64,000 bases of DNA from Candidatus Multivorans sp. Lineage in GTDB: Bacteria; Acidobacteriota; Thermoanaerobaculia; Multivoradales; Multivoraceae. The DNA lies in NCBI GenBank assembly GCA_965224025.1, contig OZ245033.1:1888001-1952000 (forward strand), in the 5' to 3' direction. Shown here piece after piece: positions 46,511 through 55,835 of this stretch. Position numbers and translations under genes: made by a program. Under the pieces are notes generated by a model. The model did not search any database, was not told the DNA's origin, and worked only from the letters and a program-made list of their open reading frames with translations. Position 1 is the stretch's first letter. Every line of letters begins with the position of its first letter.

Positions 46511-48756
46511 TTCGTTGCCCCTTTCCACGAGAGCTCGATGGACGTGGAGAAGCCGGAACGCGGTCTCACAAACACGGCGCGCACTCCCCTTCGGGCGGCG
46601 ATTAGCCGTACCAAGGCGAGACCCAGTCCCTGACCGCCCATTGCCACCGGCCGATTTCGATCACTGATGCGAAGCCGGCGCTCGAATGGTTCGAACAGCG
46701 CCGGTGCCTCTCCGAGCGGGACACCCAGACCGACGCCCGTGTCGCTCACGCGAAGCCACTCCCGGAATCGCCCCTTGCGACCGCCGTCGAAGGCTACGGA
46801 AGCCTCTTCCGCATCAAGCATGGCGTTCCAAGCGTTGGACAGCAGGTTCTGGAGAACGGCGTTCCAATCGGCAAACGAACCGACCGGGAACCGAAGATCT
46901 TCGGGCACGTCGACAACTTCAAACGCCACGCCAGGCACAATGGGCCGCATGGCGCGGACGACGCTGCCGACAACAGGACCAACGCGAAGACGCGCCGTAG
47001 CCTCCCTGTCTTCCTCGGACACCAAGGGAGCAAAGAGCTCTTGGAGTGCCCGAAAGCGGCTCCCGGCGTCCGAAAGGTCCCTTGCAATCTCCGCGAGTTC
47101 CGGAGTCTCCAGTCTCGCAGCAACCGCAATCAGTCTATCGGCAAGTCTACTCACGAGCTCGGTTTCGCGAGCGAGCTCATGATTCAGGGCAAGCGCGGTC
47201 ATACCCGCAGTAGCCAGCGGGGCCAACAGTACCGCTCGCCGGTCCGTCTCCTCCTCTGCCTTCTTGGAAGCCTTCTCCGCCGCTACGACCGCACTCCTGA
47301 CTTCCCGGAAAACAACCCGCGGCATCGCGTCCCGGTTCCGGTCCAACGCCGTCACCGCCCTGCGAACGGTTCGTGCCGGTGACTCCTTGGCACGCACTTT
47401 CTCGGCCGCCTGGGCCGCCAGCATCCGATAGCGACTGGCATAGAAGTCCAAGGAGAACCGGACGAGATCGCCGAGTTGCTCGAACGCGGCGTTCTCGGCG
47501 AGCCGGTCTCGACCCGGCGAGAGCTGGAGCGACTGGCCCGGCACCACGCGAGTTCTCTCTGCGAGCCCTCGTTCGTGGTTGGTGTCGATCTCCACCGCAC
47601 CGAAGATCCTGCCTGGGGCGGGCAGATCCAATAGGTAGCGCCCTTCGACATTCAGCCGTGCGGGAAGGAGTTCGGAGGCAATCAACCGGCGACCTTGATC
47701 TCTTGTCACGTTCAACCAATCCTGCGATGCACCGTAGTAGGGGAGCCTGAACCCGCTGTCATAAACCGAGACGTTGCCGTACCGGCGCAGGTACTCCCTG
47801 ACTTCTCCAACTGCCAACCCACCTGGCTGCCTTCCTTCCGTCTTGAAGACCAGAATCTCGAATTTCGTGTGATCTATGGCACACGGGATGCTAGGACTTC
47901 TGGTCGGCCGGGACCTAATCGGCAGCGACATTCTCTCTCTGAAAGATCTAACCGCCTCTTGGCCCTCCGGATAGCCTGGCTTGAACTCCACCTCTACCGT
48001 CGCCTCTCCTCCACCCCGCCCGTCCCTGAGCCGCCCTCTGATCTTCGCCTTCCAGTTCTGGAACAGGGCGGTTTGCAGCTTGTCGAAGGCCTCCTTCGCG
48101 TGCCGGATCGCCGGTGCGTCGATGGCGATATGAAAGTCCAGCGCCGAACGTTCAGCCCGGTGAACCGGCGGTGCCCCGGACGGCGGTCGCAGCAGCCAGA
48201 TTTCTTGACCCAGCTTCTCGATCTCCTCCGTGTCCCACTCCCTCCTGAGCTTCTTGAGCACGATCCGGGTACCTGAGTTCCCAGCGATCGGACAGGTCAT
48301 CGGTGTGTCGCGCACCTCCCAGAGAACGTTCACCGTCTCCAAGTCCTGGCCCCGTCGAACAGCGGTCCAGTCGACGATCGCGTAGAGATGGCGTGAAGGG
48401 TCGTCGGCCGTGGAACTCTCAAGAGTCATTTCGTCAGCCAGGAACTGGACCGAAAGACGACCGATTCCCTTCGAGCCCGTCATCGGCCGACAAAGACCCC
48501 GCGACTCACGCGTCACCGTTTTGTGCGTCGTGCCGAGACGCATCCAATGCGCGTGGAACTCTCGCCGAGAAATGCCGTGCCCGTTGTCAGATACGATAAT
48601 CTCGTCGTCGCGGAATTCGATCCGACAATCGGTCGCGTCCGCGTCGTACGAGTTCTTGAGGAGTTCTGCCAGCGCTATGTACGAACGACCGATCAGTCGT
48701 TCACCCAACTCCTGCACCAAGGCAGCGTCTACCGTGAACTTTGCGGATTTCATCAT
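46507..48756 (-). CDS. MORC/MutL-type GHKL ATPase fused to a histidine kinase
   Basis: N-terminal ELLKNSYDADA, DNGHG, GSKGIGR; H-box ALNHELARE; second GHKL domain QNLLSNA, DTGVG, FEPF, GQGLGL. No TM segments. Confidence 0.9.
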   Translation of the reverse strand: MMKSAKFTVDAALVQELGERLIGRSYIALAELLKNSYDADATDCRIEFRDDEIIVSDNGHGISRREFHAHWMRLGTTHKTVTRESRGLCRPMTGSKGIGRLSVQFLADEMTLESSTADDPSRHLYAIVDWTAVRRGQDLETVNVLWEVRDTPMTCPIAGNSGTRIVLKKLRREWDTEEIEKLGQEIWLLRPPSGAPPVHRAERSALDFHIAIDAPAIRHAKEAFDKLQTALFQNWKAKIRGRLRDGRGGGEATVEVEFKPGYPEGQEAVRSFRERMSLPIRSRPTRSPSIPCAIDHTKFEILVFKTEGRQPGGLAVGEVREYLRRYGNVSVYDSGFRLPYYGASQDWLNVTRDQGRRLIASELLPARLNVEGRYLLDLPAPGRIFGAVEIDTNHERGLAERTRVVPGQSLQLSPGRDRLAENAAFEQLGDLVRFSLDFYASRYRMLAAQAAEKVRAKESPARTVRRAVTALDRNRDAMPRVVFREVRSAVVAAEKASKKAEEETDRRAVLLAPLATAGMTALALNHELARETELVSRLADRLIAVAARLETPELAEIARDLSDAGSRFRALQELFAPLVSEEDREATARLRVGPVVGSVVRAMRPIVPGVAFEVVDVPEDLRFPVGSFADWNAVLQNLLSNAWNAMLDAEEASVAFDGGRKGRFREWLRVSDTGVGLGVPLGEAPALFEPFERRLRISDRNRPVAMGGQGLGLALVRLIAARRGVRAVFVRPRSGFSTSIELSWKGATK

Positions 48757-48853
48757 GCGCTAGGACCGCCGTGCCAACGCCTTGGGGACCGCGAGACGAC
48801 GAATCTGCTCGCAGATGACCACTGAGAAAGTACCCGATAGAGCCTCGGCTGAG

Positions 48854-49279
48854 ATGCCGGTGGACCCGGCGCGTTCCGCGCTGATGGGGAGAGTTCGCGG
48901 GCGGGATACGAAGCCCGAGTTAGTCGTTCGTAGAACGGCACACGCCTTGGGCCACCGCTTCCGGCTTCACCGACGGGACCTGCCTGGTACGCCCGATCTC
49001 GTCTTCCCGCGGCTCCGCAAGGTGGTCTTGGTCCACGGGTGCTTCTGGCATCGGCACCCCGGCTGCCCACGGACGACGACACCGAGGACCCGTGTCGCCT
49101 AATGGCAGGACAAGTTCCGCAAGAACATCGAGCGAGACCGGCGGAGAATCCGGGAACTGCGGACGCTGGGTTGGGACGTGCTCGTCGTATGGGAATGCGA
49201 GACGTTCGAACGCACGAAGGTGCGGGCGTCGCTGTCCAGGTACCTCGACTGCCCTCCGCTTGGGCAGCCGGCCCCGTGA
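48854..49279 (+). pseudogene. vsr: Very short patch repair endonuclease with premature TAA (49100-49102)
   Basis: RSALMGRVRGRDTKPE, LPGTPD, VHGCFWH; after the stop the same frame continues WQDKFRKNIERD...LGWDVLVVWECE. Confidence 0.92.
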
Positions 49280-52200
49280 CTCTCGCCGACATCGCCGGGC
49301 CGGCGAGGGCCGAAACGGGGCTCCTGCCCGGCACATCGCAATCCGCTTCCATCAACCCCTTCCGTATCGTCGTTCGAAGGCCGTCCACGCGACCCGGTAG
49401 TCCGCCTCGCGGTCGCAACGGTCGAACGGAGCATGGTACTCGATGGTCCGTTCGACGGGGCCGCCGGGGAGGGTGTCGTCGGTGATACGGCGGGTCACGA
49501 CAGCCTCCTCGATGCCGTTGATGTCCTCCCAGCCCAAGGCGATGCCGTCCCGGTCGGTTCCCAGCGTGCGCAGGCCGTAGGCCGTGTCGCCCTTGCGCGC
49601 CTTTCGAGGCAGGCCGACGCCGGGAAGGCCCTTGGAGACGGTGAAGACGATGCGGCCGTTCCGGTCGTACCAGGTGTCGGCCTCGTAGTGGCGCATGACG
49701 GGGAACTGGACCCGGTAGACAGTCAGGAGCTCTTCCAGGGTCAGGCCGAGGGCCATCGCGGTGAGGACATCGATCTCGACGAGGGCTTGCCGGCGGGCGT
49801 AGTCGGTCCGCAGAGCGACCTCCCAGCGCCATTCCGGCGTGAGTTGGGCGAAGTCCTGCGGCAGACGGGGGCCCCTTTTCGCCCAGGCGTCCGTTCGGAA
49901 CGCTTCAATGGCCGGAGGGCCACCACCCAACGCGAGGCTCTCCGAGCCGAAGGTGGCTCCCGCACCAGCCGCCCGGCTACGAGCACCCACTAACTCCCCG
50001 GTGCAGATCTCGGACCACAGATCGGCGTAGTGGCTGGTCAGGCAGCAGAGACTGAGGGCCCTGATCCGAAGCGCGTTCCGAATGCGCGGGTCGCAGGCTT
50101 CTCCCAGTATCGGCAGGCGGCTCAACCAAGAAACGTTGACTTCCCCGGTACCTGCGCTCTTGACGAAGAAATCGAGAACGACGGACATTGATAGCGCCGC
50201 GAAGTCCAAGCAGGTCTCTGCCCTGCCGAAGACGTTAGCCATAACGGTGTTGATCAGGGCCGCGTCCCGAGGAACGAGAGCAGAGATCAAAGACCGCTCG
50301 GCCAGAGGGCCGACCATCCTTCGGTTCACGACACGCCAGTACTCCGTCGCCTTCAGAGGCCATCCTCGTTCCGGGCTCGACCACGGCACAGCAGGCGTTC
50401 GCCGTTCGTACTCTCTCCGCCCGCACGCCGCCACGTAGTTCCCTCGCGGCAGATAGTCCGCCGGGAGCGTGGTCAGGTCCAAGACGTCGTAGTCGCTATT
50501 CTTCGTGCAGGTCCTTCGCGGTGTCTTGTTGAACGGGTTGCCCACGAAGAAGTGCGGCCCCGAGAAGATCAGGTCCGCCGGCGTTTCCGGAAACGCGGTC
50601 TGTCTTCGAATGGTCGCATCCTTCTGCGAAGCGGTTTCGTGCCAATGAGAGGTCACGAAGAAGTCGTCCTTCAAGTCGCCGAGTCGCCGCTGATGCTCGG
50701 CGAACTTGCGGAGCACGGCCAGCAGCACCCTCGAATGCAGGGCCGGCAACCGCGCCTGTAACGATGGAGTCCCGGACGGGTCATACAACCTCGCGAAGGT
50801 GCTCAGGCCGTGGACGTCGATCTCGACGATCCGGTGCTCATGGCCGACGATGCTCCAGTTGTTCGCGTCATCCTTGATGCTGGGCACGGGCCCGGCGCCG
50901 TCGTGCTCCAAACAGGCATCCACCGTCGCAGGAGCGAAGAGGTTGGCGATATGAGCGAATCGGGGCGACGACCGCCGCTCACCGTACACATTGACGCTGA
51001 ACAGGGTGTGGTGATCAACCTCGGGGAACAGTCGTTTCTCGTTCTGAAACTGGAAGTGCCCACGGAGTCGCAGATAGAGCGCCTGTCTGAGCTCCCCGCC
51101 CTTCGGGTCGTCGTACACTCCCTCGGGATGCAGGAACCCTGCCACGCCTGCCTCGCTCGCCACCATCCATGCCTGCGGGGCGAAGCACTTGTACAGATTC
51201 GCCTGCTGACCGGAGAGTAACGGATAGTTCTGCAGCGCACTCAGGTACGTCCGCATCGCCTCCGCCGCTTCCAACGCGGTGAGCCAAGCGTTCCGCAAAC
51301 CTGCATACCGGTTGAGGGCTGCACCGCGCAGACCGGCGAGCGCGGCTGCCGAGTAGCCGCGAAGCGCGAGGAGCGGATTGTAGTCCCCCAGCAAGTCGCC
51401 CTCCTCCCATCTCACCTTCACCCACGGCGGATTCCCCACCACCAGATCGAAGCCGCCACGGATCTCCCCACCGGCCCGCTCCCCGTAGAACACGTCCGCG
51501 AACGCCAACTCCCAGTGGTGGCAGCGGTGCCGCGCCGCCAGTTCGTCGACGAACTTCAGCCGCGGAAACTGCTCGAACAGTTTGTCGAGGTCCAGCATCC
51601 CGATCGCGTTCGTGATCCGTTTGGCGATCTCGTCCCCGTGCTCAGCGTACTCCTCGCCGAACAAGTCGGCGGTCTGGTTCGGCCCGAGGCCGGGCTGAAA
51701 CACGGAGCCGGTGAGGACCAGAGTGATCTCGTTCAGGAAGTCGTCGCGGTCCGGCAGTTGGTCCGCCTTCTCGATGGGCCAGAACCAGAGAGCGCACCAG
51801 TAGTCCATGACCAGCTTCAGACGCCGGTAGGGGCTCGCCGTGCGCCCGCTCTCACTGAGTACACCCTGGGCGCGGATGCGGTCCTTCCAGGCGTTCGTCG
51901 TGAGGCGCTCGCGCTCCGCGGGCGGCTGGCCCCACACGGGCAGGGTGTCCTCTGTTGCCCGGTGGTCGCGGGCGAGCTGCTCGGAGTGAAGGGCCCAGAG
52001 TTCGTCCACCCGGTCGGAGAGCCTCTCAAGCTCGGCAATCTGGTCGCCAGCAAACGGCCGAACGAAGTCCCTGCGCCACTTCGAAGTGCGCTCGAAGCTC
52101 TCGGGCGCCAGTTCCTTCGCCGCCTTGTTCCGGTAGTTCGCCATGCCGGGGTCGGGGACGAGAAAGTGGTACACGGCACCGGGCGGTCGCCGCGGCGCGT

Positions 52201-52662
52201 GGGTCAGCGGTTCGACCCGTTCCGGCGGTTCGTTGAACCAGAGGTCGGCCTTCCGTTTCTGGCGACGCAACCTCGCCGAAGGGAACACCTGGCGCCTCGC
52301 GCCCACCAGCGAGTTGCCGCACAGGAGTTGGTAGCCGAACCACGGCACGTGGCCGTCTTGGTGGATGCAGTTCAGCCACAACGAGACCTCCGCCAGTTCA
52401 AGCGCCACGGGGTTCAGGTCCACCCCGTAGACGTTGCGGTCCGCGATGTAGTGCCGGACCTTCTGTAGCTCGCCGGCGTATTCGTCGTGCGGGATGCGAT
52501 CGCCCAGTTCGGCCTGCTTGCGGTCGAGGTACTTCTCGGCAAGCTGGTTCACGGCCTCGTTGAGGAACGCAGCGGAACCCATTGCCGGCTCGCACACGGT
52601 GAGGTCCAGGATGCGGTCGGCGGGCATGTCGTCCGGGATGAGTTCCTTGAGCGAGTACTTGA

Positions 52663-54160
52663 GGCTCTTTTGAATTGCGAGTGGGTCAAGCGGTGTGCGG
52701 GTTGAGCGTGTGGAAGTCGAGTTTGCCGGCGATGAGGAAGAAGGCGATGCGTATGGTGTCGAATCGCTTGTAGCCTCTGGCCTTGCGTTTGGCGGACTGG
52801 AAGAGTCCGTTGAGGGCTTCGAGGAAGCCGTTGGTCTGCCGGGTTCGCGCCCAGGCAGCGATCGCTTGCAGGTGCTTTCGGATGGTGCGGGCGACGGCCT
52901 TCATGGGTTCGACCTTGGAGCGGTTCACGTTGGTGCACCACTGATGGAGCATTCGCAGCACGACGTTGATCTGCTTGCGGTTGAGAATTTCGCGGAGTTG
53001 CTCCCGATAGAGCCAGGCGCGTGCGGTGCGTCGGCTGGCGACCCTCTTGACGAAGCGGTCGAGGTCGGCCCGTTGGGCCGGCGTCAGGGAGTCGCGGTTC
53101 TTGAGCAGCGTCCAGCGCAGGCCCTTCAGCGACGGATCGAGGCGCTGTTCGAGGCGCCGGGTCTCGTCCACCGCCTTCGAGGCCAGGGCCATGACGTGGA
53201 ACTTGTCGAGGGTCACCTCGGCGTTGGGGAGATTCTCGGCGACGCCCTTGAGGAAGGCGGCCGACATGTCGATGGACGCCCGGCTGATCGCGGCGGGATC
53301 GCCGCCGCGCCTTTGCAGATCGTCGGCGAACTCCTCGATCGTGCCGGACTTGCGTCCCTCGGCGAGGAACACCACGCGCCGGCGCTCGCTGTCGGCGACC
53401 GCGGTCACGTAGTCGTGCCCCTTGGCGCGGGAAGTCTCGTCAATGGCCACGTGGCGCAGTTCGGAGAGGTCGTCCCGGTCGACCGCCAGCTCGACGTAGC
53501 GCTTGCAGATCGCGTGCACCCGATGCCACGACACCCCGGTCAACCGGGCCACCGCAGCGAAGGTCATGTCTCGGCACATGGCCAGAATCAAGGCTTCGAA
53601 CAGCAGCGTGAAGCCGGACAATCTGCCCGACCAGGGCGGAGTCACCAACGCCACCCGCTGGTCGGGGAGTCGCACACGGGGCACTCGCGCCTCGAGCAGG
53701 CACTCGTGCTGGAAGAAGTTGAGGTGCCGATAGCGCTTGATCTGCGTGTCGTGCACCGGATGAGAACCGCCGTCCCCCTCGTGGGCGAATCGGCTGCCCT
53801 TCCTGAAGTCGATCCGTATCGTCAACCGACGCTCCCTCTCACAGAAGTCCACGCCGTCAACGAACCACGGCGCCGACACGCCCAGCGCTCTCGCGAACAA
53901 TTCCCTCTGCATCTCTCGTCCTCCTTCAGTCGGAACAGGAGAGACGAGTCTTGCTCATTCCGATCGCCCGCGACTACAGCCGCCACCCGAAATCGCCGCG
54001 AACGCCCTCCCCACCGGACAGCTTGCGCCCTCGCCGCTACCGGTCTTCCGCAGATTCCACAGCCCGACGGCGGCGGCTACGGCGGCGGAGGCCGCTATCC
54101 CAAGACCCCCTCAGCATCTGCACTCGCCCGCGCCCTACCCACTCGCAACTCGAAAGAGGC
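52663..54160 (-). mobile_element. Complete ISL3-family insertion sequence (1498 bp)
   Basis: 24-bp terminal inverted repeats GGCTCTTTTGAATTGCGAGTGGGT / GCCTCTTTCGAGTTGCGAGTGGGT (3 mismatches); 8-bp target duplication GTACTTGA at 52655-52662 and 54161-54168. Confidence 0.95.
52686..53912 (-). CDS. ISL3 family transposase
   Basis: RHL...VPRV, SGFTLLFE, IDETS, IDMS, DKFHV, TNGFLEALNG...KRKARGY DDE motifs. Confidence 0.95.
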   Translation of the reverse strand: MQRELFARALGVSAPWFVDGVDFCERERRLTIRIDFRKGSRFAHEGDGGSHPVHDTQIKRYRHLNFFQHECLLEARVPRVRLPDQRVALVTPPWSGRLSGFTLLFEALILAMCRDMTFAAVARLTGVSWHRVHAICKRYVELAVDRDDLSELRHVAIDETSRAKGHDYVTAVADSERRRVVFLAEGRKSGTIEEFADDLQRRGGDPAAISRASIDMSAAFLKGVAENLPNAEVTLDKFHVMALASKAVDETRRLEQRLDPSLKGLRWTLLKNRDSLTPAQRADLDRFVKRVASRRTARAWLYREQLREILNRKQINVVLRMLHQWCTNVNRSKVEPMKAVARTIRKHLQAIAAWARTRQTNGFLEALNGLFQSAKRKARGYKRFDTIRIAFFLIAGKLDFHTLNPHTA

Positions 54161-55835
54161 GTACTTGACGACGCACTTGGTGAGCGACTCGGGCGTGTAG
54201 TAGCTCGCCGTCTTCTGCCGGTCACGACCGGCCAGGCGGTAGACGAACGAGCCCTTCGGATGGACTCGGAGCTTCTTGCGGCCCTGTTCGTCCCGGTCGT
54301 AGACCTTCTCTTCGTCCTCGTACTCGCTCAGGTCACGCGCCGGCACGAACCAGACGCTGGCGAGAACGTCGGGCTTCTCTCCCGCCTTCTTTACCTCGTA
54401 CAGGTCCTCTTCGGCGAAGAAGCCCCGGTAGGAGAGCAGGGCCTCGTAGACCGCGCCCAATTGGTTGATGCCGAGCTGGGCGTATGAGATGCGGCCGCGA
54501 CGGCCGCGACGGCCCTTTGCCGGGCGGCTGAGGGACATCAGCTTGATCACCCGCTGGAGCACCCGGTTGCGCAGCTTCACGCGGTCAAGGAGCGGCGTGG
54601 CGTCGTCCCGGAAGAGGCGGCTGTCAAGGGCCCTCATCCGGAAGCCGTGGCTGCGAGAGGGGCTGCTGCCGAGCACGAACTGACTGCCCTGGTCGCCGAA
54701 GCCGTCGCGAACGAGCCGGAAGAGGATCTGGACGCTGTCATGCAGGTAGTACCCGTCGAGCGACTCCTCGCTCGTCAGACGCACCAACTCCAGGTCCCGC
54801 AGCCGTTCCAGGCTGTAGCCCTTCCGGTACGCCTCGGCGTCCACGGGCGCATAGCCCAGATCGGGCCGCGCCTCGATGTAGAAGAGAAACAGCAGCCGAT
54901 ACATGTAGCGCAAGCACTCCAGGCCGAGCTCGCCAGCGAGCTGGTCGTCGAGGTCGTACACACGGTCCTTGCTCACTTCGCGCAGGTACCGGATCGCCTC
55001 GTTCCCGATCAGCTCGATCGACTCGCGCAGCGCGTACTTCAGGTCCTCCGAGACGGCGAACGCGTGCTTGTGGCTGTTCTCGTCCAGACTGTCGAGAAGG
55101 CTCCCGCCCTGCGCGGGGACGAGGCACTCGCGGTGCAGAAGGGCTGCTGCGGCCTTGAGCGTGGCGCCGTCGCGGCGACCGAGAACCTCATTCAGGTCGA
55201 AACGCAGCAGCCGGTTGTGGGTCCACTTCCCGCGTTCGATCAGGAGAACCTGTCCCGCGGAAAGGAGCACTACCCAGCGAGGTGGTTGTTGCTGCCCGAA
55301 GATGCGGCGGGTGACGATCTCGCTCCAAGTGTCTCGGAGCAGCGCCTCCGGCGGCGGCGCCTCGCCGTGGAACTGGGCGCGGTGCGGCTTGAGGGTGAGC
55401 GGATCCTCGTCTTCCCCCGTGGCGTCGTAGGCGCCGAGCACCAGCAGGTTGATCCTGCCGTGCTGGCTCGCGGCGTGCAGTACCGGCACTTCATCGCCGT
55501 CGTCGAGGACGTGGTTGCCCGGTTCGTACTCGTAGCCGAGGGCGGCGAGAAGCTGGCGGAACCACTCCCGCTGACGTTCAACGCGGACCTCGGCCCGGCG
55601 TTCCCGACCAAATCGGTCACGGAACCGGAGGTAGTCACGGGCGAGCCCTCCGAGCGCGTCGTAGGGCGTCCTGGCGTCGGCAGTCGCGCCACGCGCCGCT
55701 TTCGCTTCGGCGCCCCAACGGGCGACGGTCTCTCCGATGTCCTTGGCGAAGATCTCCGCGAGGTAGTGCTGGCTGTAGAACTCGTTCTCGTTGTGAATGC
55801 CGGGGAACGTGGCGGCGGCGTTGGCGGGCATCGGC

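Larger units (their letters stand above)
49352..55831 (-). pseudogene. Large type IIG/Eco57I-like adenine methyltransferase (~1657 aa) interrupted by an ISL3 element
   Basis: N-part has QLGAVYEALL and RQKTASYYTP; C-part has CEPAMGSAAFL, YGVDLN, GNSL, VGNPPW. Removing the IS plus one target copy restores CVVKYSLKELIPDDMPADRIL in frame. Confidence 0.92.

Noticed and set aside
52695-54200. 501-aa plus-strand ORF across the IS
   Set aside because: Antisense to the ISL3 transposase.
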